A stretch of DNA of 64,000 nucleotides from Solirubrobacteraceae bacterium. GTDB lineage: Bacteria > Actinomycetota > Thermoleophilia > Solirubrobacterales > Solirubrobacteraceae. Positions 8,540 to 18,687 of this stretch are shown here, piece by piece (positions within the stretch are counted from its first letter, which is position 1; the number at the start of each line of letters is the position of its first letter). The translations under genes and the position numbers were made by a program. The notes below the pieces were generated by a model. The model was not told where the DNA came from. It worked only from the letters and a program-made list of their open reading frames with translations, and did not search any database. Location: NCBI GenBank assembly GCA_017744415.1, contig JAGIBJ010000139.1:15023-79022 (forward strand). Reading direction: 5' to 3'.

Positions 8540-10324
8540 CTAGCCCTCGTACATCGCGTCGAGTGCTGTCGCGTACATCTGCTCGACGACGTTGCGCTTC
8601 ACCTTCAGGGTGGGCGTGAGCTCTCCGGTCTCCTGCGAGAAGTCGCGCGGGAGGATCGTGAACTTCTTGATCTGCTCGACCTGCGCGTAGTGCGCGTTCG
8701 CGGCGTCGAGCGCGGCCTGGAACTCCGCGATCACCTTCGGCTGCTTCGAGAGCTCGGCGAGGTCGGTCGGGAGGCCGTTCTGCTCGGCCCACTGCGGTGC
8801 CGACTCCGGGTCGAGGGTGACCAGCGCGACGGGGTAGGGGCGGCGGTCGCCGTGCATCACCACCTGCGAGACGAGCGGGTGCAGCTTGAGCTCCGCCTCG
8901 ATGTTCGCGGGTGTGAGGTTCTTGCCGCCTGCCGTGATGATGATGTCCTTCTTGCGGCCGACGATCGAGATGAAGCCGTCGGCGTCGATCTCCGCGAGAT
9001 CGCCGGTGTGCAGCCAGCCGTCAGTGAGGGTCTCGGCGGTCGCGGCATCGTTGTGCCAGTAGCCCTGGAACACGTTCTTGCCGCGGATCAGCAGCTCGCC
9101 GTCGTCGCCGAGCTTCGCCTCCACACCGGGCAGCGGCTTGCCGACGCTGCCGAGCTTGTTGTCCTCTGGCGTACAGCAGGAGGTTGCCGTGGCCGTCTCG
9201 GTCATGCCGTAGCCCTGCATCAGCGGCACGCCGCACGCGGTGAAGAAGCTGATGATGTCGATGCCGAGCGGCGCGGCGCCCGTGATCGCCCGGCGCAGGC
9301 GGCCCCCGAAGAGGCCGCGCACGAGGCCGAAGAGCCGGCCCTCGAGCTCGTCGTAGCCGGCCTGCAGCTCGGCGGGGATCGGCTGGCCGGCAGCGTTGAG
9401 CGCCTGCACCTTGAGGCCGACGTCGGTGGCCTTGGCGACCGTCTCGGCTCCAGCCATCTGCAGCGCGATCGTGAAGATCTTCTCGAAGATGCGCGGCACC
9501 GACGGCAGGATCGACGGCTTCACCTCCTGGATCTCCCCGATCACGGCCTTCGTGTCGCCGCCGAAGTACGCGAGCACGATGCCGCTGTCGAAGGCGGTGA
9601 GCTGCATCAGGCGCGCGAAGGAGTGCGCGAGCGGCAGGAAGCAGTAGAGGATCTCGCCCTCGACGTCCTCTCCCTCCTCGACGATGCCCGACTCGAGCGA
9701 GCTGTCGACGATGGCGCGGTAGTTGCCGTGCGAGAGCACGCAACCCTTTGGCGGACCGGTGGTGCCCGAGGTGTAGATGATCGTGTACGGATCCTCGGGC
9801 TTCACGGCCTCGGCACGCGCCGTGAGCTCGGCTGGATCGACGCCCGCGCCGGCGGCCGTGAACTCGGCGATCGGGGTCGCGCCCTCGGCCTCACCGTCCC
9901 AGACGATCACGTGCGCCAGCGCCGGCACGCGATCGCGGATCTCCGCGATTTTCGCGGCCTGGGCGGCATTCTCGACGAAGATCGCCACTGCGCCGGAGTC
10001 GCTGATCACCCACTCGCACTCCGTTGGCGAGTTGGTCTGGTAGATCGGCACGACGATCGCGCCCGCCCTCGTGGCGCCGAAGTCGACGACCGACCAGGGG
10101 CGTGACGTGTCGCCGATGATGCACACGCGCTCGCCGGGCTGGATCCCGAGGGCGATGAGGCCGAGGCCGACCGCCGTCGACTCGTCGAGCAGCTCGTTGT
10201 AGCTCTGCTGCACCCAGTTGTCGCCCTGCTTGACCGAGGTGGCCGACCGATCGCCGTAGAGCTCCGCGGCGCGCGGGAGCAGCGTCGCGATCGTCGTCGT
10301 GCCGGTGCCGAGCGTTTGGGTCAT
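8540..10324 (-). CDS. fadD: Long-chain fatty-acid-CoA ligase (AMP-dependent synthetase)
   Basis: AMP-binding motifs (IIYTSGTTGPPKG, GYGMTET, WLHTGD, GRKKDII). The ATG at 10324 (MTQTLG...) is preferred. Confidence 0.9.
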   Translation of the reverse strand: MTQTLGTGTTTIATLLPRAAELYGDRSATSVKQGDNWVQQSYNELLDESTAVGLGLIALGIQPGERVCIIGDTSRPWSVVDFGATRAGAIVVPIYQTNSPTECEWVISDSGAVAIFVENAAQAAKIAEIRDRVPALAHVIVWDGEAEGATPIAEFTAAGAGVDPAELTARAEAVKPEDPYTIIYTSGTTGPPKGCVLSHGNYRAIVDSSLESGIVEEGEDVEGEILYCFLPLAHSFARLMQLTAFDSGIVLAYFGGDTKAVIGEIQEVKPSILPSVPRIFEKIFTIALQMAGAETVAKATDVGLKVQALNAAGQPIPAELQAGYDELEGRLFGLVRGLFGGRLRRAITGAAPLGIDIISFFTACGVPLMQGYGMTETATATSCCTPEDNKLGSVGKPLPGVEAKLGDDGELLIRGKNVFQGYWHNDAATAETLTDGWLHTGDLAEIDADGFISIVGRKKDIIITAGGKNLTPANIEAELKLHPLVSQVVMHGDRRPYPVALVTLDPESAPQWAEQNGLPTDLAELSKQPKVIAEFQAALDAANAHYAQVEQIKKFTILPRDFSQETGELTPTLKVKRNVVEQMYATALDAMYEG

Positions 10325-10477
10325 GCCGTCCTCAGGTGGTGCCGTGGGTCGCGGAGTCCCCTGAGCGGAGCGGGGGGACACGCGCTACAGGCCGATCGTA
10401 CCGTGACGCCCGTCACCTAGAAGCCGGTGCGTCGACGGGTTGGCTGCCGGCCGCCGCGCGCCTGGCGCGGCGACCCG

Positions 10478-11284
10478 TCAGACCGGGTTGGCGATGTCGA
10501 CGAACGTGTGCTGAACGCCGGCGAACTCCGCTGCCACGCGCTCGCCGAGCTCGCGGATTCCGAAGCGCTCGGTGGCGTGGTGGCCGGCGGCGAAGAAGTG
10601 GACGCCGAGCTCCTCGGCCATGCCCTGCGAGCGCTCGGCCGGCTCGCCCGTGACGAACGCGTCGAGCCCGAGCGCGGCCGCCTCGGTGATGTCGTCAGCG
10701 GCACCACCCGAGACGACGCCGACGGTGCTGATGCGCTCGGGGCCACCCGCGAACGCGAGCGGGCGCTGGATGAGTCCGGCGAGCAGATCGGCGAACTGGC
10801 TGGGGGAGAGCGCGGACGGGAGGTGGCCGGCGATGCCGAGGTGGCGGCCGCGGTGCGGGGCGAAGGTGCGGCGATCAGTGAGGCCGAGGGCGTCGGCGAT
10901 CAGGGCGTTGTTGCCCACCTCCTCGTGCGCGTCGAGCGGGAGGTGGTAGGCCGCGAGGCTGATGTCGCCGACGAACAGCGGGCGCAGCCGTCCGGCGGTG
11001 AGGGCGTCGATCGGGCCGATCGAGGGCCAGAAGAGCCCGTGGTGCACGAGCAGAAGGTCGGCCTCCAGGCGAGCGGCCTCCTCGATGAGCGCGCGGTTGG
11101 CGCTCACGCCGGTGACGACGTGCCGCACCTCCTCGCGCCCCGGCACCTGCAGCCCGTTGGGGCCGTAGTCCTCGAAGTTCGCGCTGTCGAGCAGTGCGTC
11201 GAGGAAGGCAACGATCTCGTCCCGGCTGGCCACGGGCGAACCGTAACGCCCGCGGCCCGTGGCACGCGCCTGATCGCACCGCAC
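10478..11284 (-). CDS. Nif3-like dinuclear metal centre protein
   Basis: NIF3-family sequence (YGPNGLQVPG, LLLVHHGLFW, AAYHLPLDAH, AAGHHATERFG). The start is uncertain, with an alternative GTG at 11233. Confidence 0.8.
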   Translation of the reverse strand: MRCDQARATGRGRYGSPVASRDEIVAFLDALLDSANFEDYGPNGLQVPGREEVRHVVTGVSANRALIEEAARLEADLLLVHHGLFWPSIGPIDALTAGRLRPLFVGDISLAAYHLPLDAHEEVGNNALIADALGLTDRRTFAPHRGRHLGIAGHLPSALSPSQFADLLAGLIQRPLAFAGGPERISTVGVVSGGAADDITEAAALGLDAFVTGEPAERSQGMAEELGVHFFAAGHHATERFGIRELGERVAAEFAGVQHTFVDIANPV

Positions 11285-11324
11285 GACCCGTTCGCGAGTG
11301 GCTTGTTACTCTCTCCCAACCTCT

Positions 11325-11400
<76 letters not shown>

Positions 11401-11657
11401 AGGAGTTGGTGGTGTCCGGCGCACACATGCGCACGGGCGCCACCAACCGACCCACGCCTACGCGCCGGGTTCCTGACGCTCCTTCAGCGGGCTGTCACCA
11501 CCAACGAGCGCCCGGGTACCTGCAGCCGCGGCTCTGAGAGGGCCAAATTTCTGCGCAGTGGGCGCGCCGCGCCGGCCTCGGTGTCACACGATCGTGCCAT
11601 CGGAGCCGGTGCGTTGCGCGTTCCGCTCAAGTCGCCGAGTCAGACGCCGAGGAGGAG

Positions 11658-12704
11658 GTGGTGGACCCCTTCGCGACCTCGGACCCCGCGGCGACCGCCG
11701 CACCCGCTCCGGCCGCCCCGCCCGCGGCACCGGCGCCCACCCCTCCCGCTGCGCCGGCGGCCAACGGCGCAGGCCTGGGTGCCGCCGTCGCCGAGGTCGC
11801 GCACCTCGGCGAGCGGATTCGCGGGGGCATCCGCCGCAGCATGCTCATCGCGCCCGACCGCCTCGAGGTCATCCTCGCGACGCTCCTCTCCGGCGGCCAC
11901 CTCCTGATCGAGGACCACCCGGGCGTCGGCAAGACGCAGCTCGCCCGCGCAATCGCCGGCACGTTCGCTGCCCGCTTCGCGCGCGTTCAGGCGACCGTCG
12001 ATCTCCTCCCGACCGACATCCTCGGCGCCACCGTCTGGAATGCCGGCACGAGCAGCTTCGAGTTCCACCCCGGGCCGGTCTTCACGAACGTCCTCCTCGT
12101 CGACGAGCTCAACCGCGCTACCCCGAAGACCCAGTCGGGGCTCCTCGAGGTGATGCAGGAGCTGCAGGTGACGATCGACGGCCACACCTACCCGGTGGAG
12201 GCGCCGTTCATCGTCGTCGCGACGCAGAACCCGACGGCGGGGTTCGACGGCACCTACCCGCTGCCGCCGGCGCAGCTCGATCGTTTCCAGGCGCGCATCT
12301 CGCTCGGCTATCCGACGTCGGGTCAGGAGGCCGCGCTGCTGCGCGAGCGTCCCTCGACCACTGCCCAGCCGGTCGCGACGCTCGCCGAGCTCGTCGCCGC
12401 GCAGGCCGCCGTGCACCACGTCGCCGCCACCGACCCGCTGCTCGAGTACGTCGTCGCCCTGCTCGACCACACCCGTCGCCATCCTCTCGCCGAGACGGGC
12501 GCCAGCCCGCGCGCCGGCCTCGGCCTGCTCAGCGCCGCCCGCGCACGTGCCGCGCTCCAGGGCCGCGAGTACGTGCTGCCCGACGACGTGCAAGCGATGG
12601 CTCACCCCATGCTCGCCCACCGCGTGCAGCCGGTCGCGGCAGCCCCGGCCGACGCGCAGCACCAGATCGTCGGCGACGCGCTCGCGCAGGTGCGCGCCCG
12701 GTGA
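11658..12704 (+). CDS. moxR: MoxR-like AAA+ ATPase
   Basis: Walker A (HPGVGKTQLA), Walker B (LLVDELNRA) and ATQNP are present. The N-terminal tail is low-complexity and Ala/Pro-rich. Confidence 0.9.
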   Translation: MVDPFATSDPAATAAPAPAAPPAAPAPTPPAAPAANGAGLGAAVAEVAHLGERIRGGIRRSMLIAPDRLEVILATLLSGGHLLIEDHPGVGKTQLARAIAGTFAARFARVQATVDLLPTDILGATVWNAGTSSFEFHPGPVFTNVLLVDELNRATPKTQSGLLEVMQELQVTIDGHTYPVEAPFIVVATQNPTAGFDGTYPLPPAQLDRFQARISLGYPTSGQEAALLRERPSTTAQPVATLAELVAAQAAVHHVAATDPLLEYVVALLDHTRRHPLAETGASPRAGLGLLSAARARAALQGREYVLPDDVQAMAHPMLAHRVQPVAAAPADAQHQIVGDALAQVRAR

Positions 12705-13660
12705 AACGCGGCACCGAGCTGGCCATCGGGCCGGTTCTGCTGGCCGTCGCGGCGGTGCTGCTCGGCTCGCTCGCGATCTTCGCCATCGCGGTCGGCCTCG
12801 CGCTGATCTACATCGGCGCGGCGTGGGCCGTCTCGCGTGCGGAGGAGCAGGTGCGTATCGCACGCCAGCTGCTGCACCATGAGATCGTCGAGGGCCGCCG
12901 CGCTGAGCTGCAGTTCGAGACGACGGGCGTGGAGGGCCTGCCGGTCACGATCGAATACGCCTGCCAGTGCGGCGAGTGGCACACGCTCCCGGCCGGCCGC
13001 CACACCGTCGGCTGGACGATGGATCACCCCGGCCCGCACGTCGTCGGCCCGTCGCCGCTGCGCATCCGCGACGACCTCGGCCTGTTCACGCGCTTCCTGT
13101 TCGCCGGCGAGCCCGACCGCCTCCTCGTCCTGCCCGACCCGGAGGACGTCAACGCTCACCGCCGCGTGAGCGGCTCCGACATGGCCCACGACCCCGAGCC
13201 CGACGGCCTGCGGGAATACGTGCGCGGCACGCCGATGAGCCGGATCCACTGGAAGACGGCGGCACGTACCGGCCAGCTCATGGAGCGCCGGTTCGTCACC
13301 TCCCGCGACGAACTGCCGCTGATCATCGTCGACACCGCCGGCGCGCTCACCGGCGCCAACGTCGACTGGGCAGCGCGCGAAGCGGCGGGGCAGGCGCTCG
13401 CGCTGGCGCGCAGCGGTGGCTGCCGCGTGCTGCTGCCAGGCGACCGCACGCCCACGACGCTGCTCGATCCCGTCGGCAGCTGGACCACCCTGCACCGCCG
13501 CCTGGCCGATCTCGCCGAAGGCCGCCCGACGTTGCCGCACGGCGTTCACGTGCGCGACGCCGTCGTCGTCGCCGCCGCGGCCGCACCGCCGCACCGGGTC
13601 CGCCCGCGCCGCGCGCTGCCGCCGGGCTTCGTGGGCGAGGGAGTCTGGGCGGGCCGATGA
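12701..13660 (+). CDS. DUF58 domain protein (MoxR partner)
   Basis: The GTG overlaps the moxR stop (GTGA). It has an N-terminal TM segment and a DUF58 signature (LREYVRGTPMSRIHWKTAAR). Confidence 0.85.
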   Translation: MKRGTELAIGPVLLAVAAVLLGSLAIFAIAVGLALIYIGAAWAVSRAEEQVRIARQLLHHEIVEGRRAELQFETTGVEGLPVTIEYACQCGEWHTLPAGRHTVGWTMDHPGPHVVGPSPLRIRDDLGLFTRFLFAGEPDRLLVLPDPEDVNAHRRVSGSDMAHDPEPDGLREYVRGTPMSRIHWKTAARTGQLMERRFVTSRDELPLIIVDTAGALTGANVDWAAREAAGQALALARSGGCRVLLPGDRTPTTLLDPVGSWTTLHRRLADLAEGRPTLPHGVHVRDAVVVAAAAAPPHRVRPRRALPPGFVGEGVWAGR

Positions 13661-15855
13661 CCACCATGCTCCGCCCGCCGGCGCCCGCGGCCTACGGCAC
13701 GCCCGAGCCTCCCGCCGACGAGCCACGCAAGCTCGACGAGCACTGGCAGACGCGCACCGCCGCCGCGCTCATCCTCGGCCTCGCCGCCCTCGGCATCTGG
13801 CTGCCGCAGCTCGGTGGCGGCGTGCTCTGGGTCGCGCCGGTGCTCGGGTTCGCGATCCTCGTGATGGTGCGCGCCGTGAAGGCCGAGACGCCCCTGCAGT
13901 CGCATCTGCTCACCTTCGCCTGGGTCGTGTGGATCCCGCTGGCCGTGCTCCTCGGCGGCGCCGGTGCGAGCGCGATCTCGCCGTCGGCGCTGATCGCGGG
14001 GCTCGCGGGCATCTTCCGCGGCGCCTCGGGCACGCTGTCGCTGTCGTCGTGGCTCGCGTTCACCGGGAGCTGCTGGATCATCGGTGCCGTGCAGGCCGTG
14101 CGGCCCGGCCGCGGACCGGCCGCCGCCGGCTTCGTGCTCCTCACGCTGCCGTTCGTTTTCGCGCTCGCCGTGCCCCACACGGACGACGCCTCGTGGTACG
14201 GCGGCGCCATGCTCGGTGCCGCCCTGCTCTGGGCCACGCGCGGCACGCTCCGCGGTGCCTGGCCGGCCGTGCTCGCCGTCGCGGTCGTCGGCACGCTGGT
14301 GTCCGCAGCGATCGGTCCGACCGAGCGCCGCATCCCGCAGCGTCAGGCGCCCGCGCCGAGCGGTGGGGCAGGCGGCATCGGCCAGAGCAACGGATCGCAG
14401 CAGCAGGAGGGCAACCAGCAGGGGCAGCAGGGCGACGCCGACCAGAAGGGTGGCGGCAAGCCGCAGCCGCTGTCGCAGACCGTCCTCGACACGAGGCAGC
14501 AGTACGACCCCGTCGAGGAGGACGGCGGTGACGTGTCGGTCGACTTCGAGGTGCGCTCGCCGCAGCCCGCGCTCTGGCGAATGCAGGTGCTCGAGCGGTG
14601 GGACGGCCGTGGTTGGTCGACCGCCGAGCAGCCCCAGCGCGAGCTCCGGCAGCCGGCGGCCCGGTCGGTGCCGACGAAGATCACCATGGGCGCGCTCAAC
14701 GATCGGCGCGTGATCAGCCCTGGCCGCGTCGTATCGGTCGCCGGGAAGAGCCCTGAGCCAGGGATCGGCGAGTCGCAGTTCTTCGAGCGCGCGCCCGCGC
14801 GGGGGACGAGCTACGACGTGGTGTCGCAGGTCGTGAAGACCGATGTCGCCGCGGTCAGCCGGACGGGGCTGCCGTCGCCCGCCAAGTACGCGCCCGAGAC
14901 GCTGATCTGGGATTCGCTTCCGGCCACGATCCCGCTGCCGCAGCGCATCTCGATGCTGCCGCCCAACGTCGCCGACAGTGGCTGGGGCGACGTCTACAAG
15001 CTCGCGTGGAGCCTCTCGCAGGGCGAGGCGACGGAGATGGGCGTCGTGCGCAACGTGCTCGACTACCTCAGGAATCCCTCGAACTTCAGCTACTCGCTCA
15101 AGGTCGACAAGCCCGGGCCTCAGCCGCTCGTGTCGTTCCTGCTCGATACGCACGTCGGCTATTGCCAGCACTTCGCGGGTGCCGCCGCGCTGCTGCTGCG
15201 GCTCGCCGGCATCCCGACCCGCGTGGCCACCGGCTACGCCACCGGCGAGCAGAAGGGCGTCGACCAGTACGTGGTGCACAGCAGCGATCCCCACGCGTGG
15301 ATCGAGGTGTACTTCCCCGGCTACGGATGGGCGCCGTTCGATCCGACGCCGGGTGATGCCGCCGCGCAGGTGGCGCCGAGCGTCGATCCGACCGCACCGC
15401 CGCGCCGCAGCGGGCACGCCGGCTTCGACCTTCGCCAGGTCGCGATCCTGATCCTCGGCGGCGTCGCGCTCGCGCTCACCGTGCATGCCGTTCGCCGCTG
15501 GCGTCGGCGGCCCGCCGCGAGCCTGCCGCTCGCGGACGTGATCGCTCGCGTGGTTCCGGGGCCGCCCGGCCCGGGCGCCACGCTGCACTCCTTCGGCCCC
15601 GACCTGCAGCGAATCGGGCCCGCGACGGCGGCGCTCGGCGCGGCGGCCGAGCGCGAGCGTTTCGCGCCCGGGGCCCCTCCGACCGCCCGCCACCCTCGTT
15701 GGCTGCTGTGGCGGGCGATGCGCCGCGACGTCGGTGTGGTGCACGCGACGTGGCTGCTGCTCGTCGGCGCGCCACGAGCCGAGGCCGAGACGGGTGTGGT
15801 CGACCGCGCGCAGTCGCTCCGTGACACCGCCTCGACCGCCCCACCCGGCACCTGA
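13657..15855 (+). CDS. Transglutaminase-like membrane protein
   Basis: ATGA overlap with the DUF58 gene. It has multiple N-terminal TM helices and a TGase core (GYCQHFAGAAALLLRLAGIPTRVATGY...HAWIEVYFPGYGWAPFDPT). Confidence 0.85.
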   Translation: MTTMLRPPAPAAYGTPEPPADEPRKLDEHWQTRTAAALILGLAALGIWLPQLGGGVLWVAPVLGFAILVMVRAVKAETPLQSHLLTFAWVVWIPLAVLLGGAGASAISPSALIAGLAGIFRGASGTLSLSSWLAFTGSCWIIGAVQAVRPGRGPAAAGFVLLTLPFVFALAVPHTDDASWYGGAMLGAALLWATRGTLRGAWPAVLAVAVVGTLVSAAIGPTERRIPQRQAPAPSGGAGGIGQSNGSQQQEGNQQGQQGDADQKGGGKPQPLSQTVLDTRQQYDPVEEDGGDVSVDFEVRSPQPALWRMQVLERWDGRGWSTAEQPQRELRQPAARSVPTKITMGALNDRRVISPGRVVSVAGKSPEPGIGESQFFERAPARGTSYDVVSQVVKTDVAAVSRTGLPSPAKYAPETLIWDSLPATIPLPQRISMLPPNVADSGWGDVYKLAWSLSQGEATEMGVVRNVLDYLRNPSNFSYSLKVDKPGPQPLVSFLLDTHVGYCQHFAGAAALLLRLAGIPTRVATGYATGEQKGVDQYVVHSSDPHAWIEVYFPGYGWAPFDPTPGDAAAQVAPSVDPTAPPRRSGHAGFDLRQVAILILGGVALALTVHAVRRWRRRPAASLPLADVIARVVPGPPGPGATLHSFGPDLQRIGPATAALGAAAERERFAPGAPPTARHPRWLLWRAMRRDVGVVHATWLLLVGAPRAEAETGVVDRAQSLRDTASTAPPGT

Positions 15856-16113
15856 GTTCGACGACGGGGTCGCCCGCAGGCTGCCCCAGACGCAAGACCA
15901 CGCCCGGCGTGCCTCGTCGGTGTCCCCGGATCAGAGCACGACCAGGCGCGTCGCCGTGGTCCCGCGCGCGGTGCCCGGTGGTGCCCACAGCCATCCGTCT
16001 GGACTGGCGTGCGCGGGCGCCGCAGGGCCGTACCTTCGAGGCACTGAGTGACGGGTCGTCGCCTACCCGGGGTGGGTGTAGGCGGCGGCCCTGTCCCAGC
16101 GTCTCGCGGCGAC

Positions 16114-16185
16114 GAACCTGAGCGTTCGCTGAGCGGCGGCCCGCGCGATCAGGGGGTTTCGCGCGGACCCTGAGCGTTCGCTGGG
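16114..16185. repeat. Two 20-nt direct repeats (GAaCCTGAGCGTTCGCTGaG / GAcCCTGAGCGTTCGCTGgG) flanking an 8-bp-stem hairpin
   Basis: The repeats lie at 16114-16133 and 16166-16185. The hairpin CCGCGCGA-tcagggggtt-TCGCGCGG lies at 16141-16166. All are in the 420-bp non-coding region upstream of the OmpR-type regulator. Confidence 0.6.
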
Positions 16186-16276
16186 AGGCCCTCGGTGTCC
16201 CGGTGGCGATGGGCGATGATGCTGGTGAGAAGTCCCACGCCTCACCGATCCAGCTCCGCACCGAATCCCACGCCCA

Positions 16277-16975
16277 GTGCCTGAACCCACCGCAGCGCCC
16301 ACCCGCATCCTCGTCGTCGACGACGAGCCGCCGATCGTCGAGGTGATCGGGATGGCCCTGAAGTACCAGGGCTTCGAGGTCGCCACGGCGGCCACGGGGA
16401 AGGAGGCGCTGCAGCAGGTCGACCGCGTGAAGCCCCACCTGATGGTGCTCGACGTCGGTCTGCCCGATCTCGAGGGCTTCGACGTCGCCGATCGCCTTGG
16501 TGTCGCGGCCGACCGCGTGCCGATCATCTTCCTCACCGCGCGCGACGCGACCGAGGACAAGCTCCGCGGGCTCGCGGCCGGCGACGACTACGTCACCAAG
16601 CCCTTCTCGCTGGAAGAGCTCGTCGCCCGCATCCGCGCGGTGCTGCGTCGCTCGCTCGACGAGCAGACCGAGGCCGTGCTGCGGTTCGACGACCTCGAGC
16701 TCGACGAGGAGACCCACGAGGTCACCCGTGGCGGCGAGGCGATCGAGCTCACCGCGACCGAGTTCCGGCTCCTGCGCTACCTGCTGAGCAATCCGCGCCG
16801 CGTGCTCACGCGGCAGCAGATCCTCGACGAGGTGTGGGAGTACGACTTCGGCGGCGACGCTCGCGTGCTCGAGACCTACATCTCGTACCTGCGGAAGAAA
16901 CTCGACGCCCACGGGCCTTCGCTGATCACCACCGTGCGCGGCGTCGGCTACGCGCTGCGCGCACCGAAGGCCTAG
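16277..16975 (+). CDS. Response regulator, OmpR/PhoB family
   Basis: REC domain (ILVVDDEPPIVEVIGMALKYQGFEV...MVLDVGLPDLEGF) plus a winged-helix domain (LTATEFRLLRYLLSNPRRVLTRQQIL...VRGVGYAL). Confidence 0.9.
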   Translation: MPEPTAAPTRILVVDDEPPIVEVIGMALKYQGFEVATAATGKEALQQVDRVKPHLMVLDVGLPDLEGFDVADRLGVAADRVPIIFLTARDATEDKLRGLAAGDDYVTKPFSLEELVARIRAVLRRSLDEQTEAVLRFDDLELDEETHEVTRGGEAIELTATEFRLLRYLLSNPRRVLTRQQILDEVWEYDFGGDARVLETYISYLRKKLDAHGPSLITTVRGVGYALRAPKA

Positions 16976-16984
16976 GCGGGCGAG

Positions 16985-18640
16985 GTGGCGGGCCGGCCCC
17001 ATCCGGTGCGGGCGCTCAGCGCGTTCGCCGAGCGGATCCAACACCGCACGCTGCGCACGCGCCTCACCGGCGTGCTGCTCGCGCTGGCGGCGGTGGGCTT
17101 GGTGCTGCTCGCCGCCATCACCTGGGGATCGCAACGGCAGTTCCTCCAGAACCAGGTCGACGATCGCGCGCGCTCGGCGGTGCAGTTCGTCGCCGCCCAG
17201 GTGGTGCTGAAGACGCGCTACGAGGCGCTGAACGGGACCTCGAGCAGCTCGGGGACGAGCGGCGGGGCGGCCGGGCCGACCTCCGGTGCGACCGACGAGT
17301 TCGGCCCGGACAGTGACGACGGCTTCGGGCCGCCGCCGGGTGTCGGCAACCGGAAGGATCGCGGCGACCTGCCACCAGGCACCTACGGTGTGCTCCGCAA
17401 CGCGGCCGGCAAGCAGCTGGGCGTGGCCTACGCGCAGCGCACGCTCGGCGGTGAGTCTCTGCCGGCGCCGAATCTCCCGACGAAGATCGCGTACGACGAG
17501 CCGATCACGGTCGACGCCGTGTCCGGCAGTACGAAGTACCGGGTGGTCGCGTCGCTCGTGCGGTTCCCGAACCAGTCGACCTCGTCGTTCGTCTCGGTGG
17601 TCGCGATCCCGCTCGACAGCAACAGCGACCAGCTCCGCAACCTCGTGCTCGTCGACGGGGTGGTGATCCTGCTGATCCTCGCCGCGCTCGGGTTCGGTGC
17701 CACGCGCCTCGTGGGCGCCGAGCTGGCGCCGCTCGAGCACATCGCCGCCGACGCCGACGAGATCGCTGGCGGGCGTCTGGATCGCCGCGTGCCGGCGGCC
17801 GAGGAGGGCACCGAGGTGGGGCGGCTCTCGGTCGCGCTCAACGCGATGCTCGAACGGATCGAGGAAGCGTTCGCCGAGCGGCAGCGCTCGGAGGACAAGC
17901 TGCGACAGTTCCTCTCGGATGCCTCGCACGAGCTGCGCACGCCGCTCGCGTCGATCCGCGGCTACGCCGAGCTGCAGCGCACCGGGATGCTCAGCTCGGA
18001 CGACGAGCGCAACCAGGCCGTGGCCCGCATCGAGGAGCAGGCGGCGCGCATGGGCACGCTCGTCGAGGATCTCCTGGCGCTCGCCCGCCTCGATGAGGAA
18101 CGCGCGCCGAAGACCGAGCTCGTGGAGCTCGCCGTCCTCGCCCGCGACGCCGTCTCCGATGCCGTCGCCCTCGATCCCGGGCGTGAGGTGAACCTCCGCG
18201 TCGACGGCGATCCCCTCGTCCTCGGCGACGAAGCCCGCCTTCGCCAGGTGTTCACCAACCTCCTCGGCAACGCCGTCGCCCACACACCGCCCGGGTCACC
18301 GATCCACGTGGCCGTGGAGCCGCGCGACGATACGCGTGCGGCCGGCCCGGGCGGGCGCAGCGACGCGCCGGTGGCCGGCGGTGGCTGGATCGCCGTGCAC
18401 GTCGACGACGCCGGTGCCGGCGTTCCCGCCGACCGCCGCGAAGCGATCTTCGAGCGCTTCCACCGCGAGGCCGGCGGTACTGCCCGCACTCGCGGCCCGG
18501 CGGGCGCCGGCCTCGGCCTCGCTGTGGTGCGCGGCATCGTCCAGGCCCACGACGGCACGGTCGTCGTCACCGACTCCCCGCTCGGCGGCGCCCGCTTCAC
18601 GGTCACGCTGCCCCTCGCCGACACCGGCGACGACGACTAG
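16985..18640 (+). CDS. Sensor histidine kinase (TM-HAMP-HisKA-HATPase)
   Basis: H-box (FLSDASHELRTPLASIRGYAEL), N-box (FTNLLGNAVAHTP) and G-box (GLGLAVVRGIV). Confidence 0.9.
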   Translation: MAGRPHPVRALSAFAERIQHRTLRTRLTGVLLALAAVGLVLLAAITWGSQRQFLQNQVDDRARSAVQFVAAQVVLKTRYEALNGTSSSSGTSGGAAGPTSGATDEFGPDSDDGFGPPPGVGNRKDRGDLPPGTYGVLRNAAGKQLGVAYAQRTLGGESLPAPNLPTKIAYDEPITVDAVSGSTKYRVVASLVRFPNQSTSSFVSVVAIPLDSNSDQLRNLVLVDGVVILLILAALGFGATRLVGAELAPLEHIAADADEIAGGRLDRRVPAAEEGTEVGRLSVALNAMLERIEEAFAERQRSEDKLRQFLSDASHELRTPLASIRGYAELQRTGMLSSDDERNQAVARIEEQAARMGTLVEDLLALARLDEERAPKTELVELAVLARDAVSDAVALDPGREVNLRVDGDPLVLGDEARLRQVFTNLLGNAVAHTPPGSPIHVAVEPRDDTRAAGPGGRSDAPVAGGGWIAVHVDDAGAGVPADRREAIFERFHREAGGTARTRGPAGAGLGLAVVRGIVQAHDGTVVVTDSPLGGARFTVTLPLADTGDDD

Positions 18641-18653
18641 CCCGCGCCGCGAC

Positions 18654-18687
18654 ACGCCAGCGGCCGCCCGACGCCAGCGGCCGCCCG
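18654..18687. repeat. Tandem duplication, 2 x 17 bp (ACGCCAGCGGCCGCCCG)
   Basis: Perfect tandem copies that directly abut hairpin copy A. Confidence 0.85.

Noticed and set aside
15476-18283. Very long alternate-frame or antisense ORFs in the supplied track. Examples are 15476-18283(-), 55278-57980(-), 5322-6812(-), 48220-50232(-), 32511-34757(-), 1721-2767(-), and the 5' parts of 11558-13660(+), 12967-15855(+), 35877-39089(+), 35967-38726(-) and 49298-52099(+).
   Set aside because: Their translations are Arg/Pro/Ala/Gly-rich with no recognisable domains. They overlap ORFs with clear domain signatures and strong third-position G/C bias. Open frames like this are expected by chance at roughly 70% GC.
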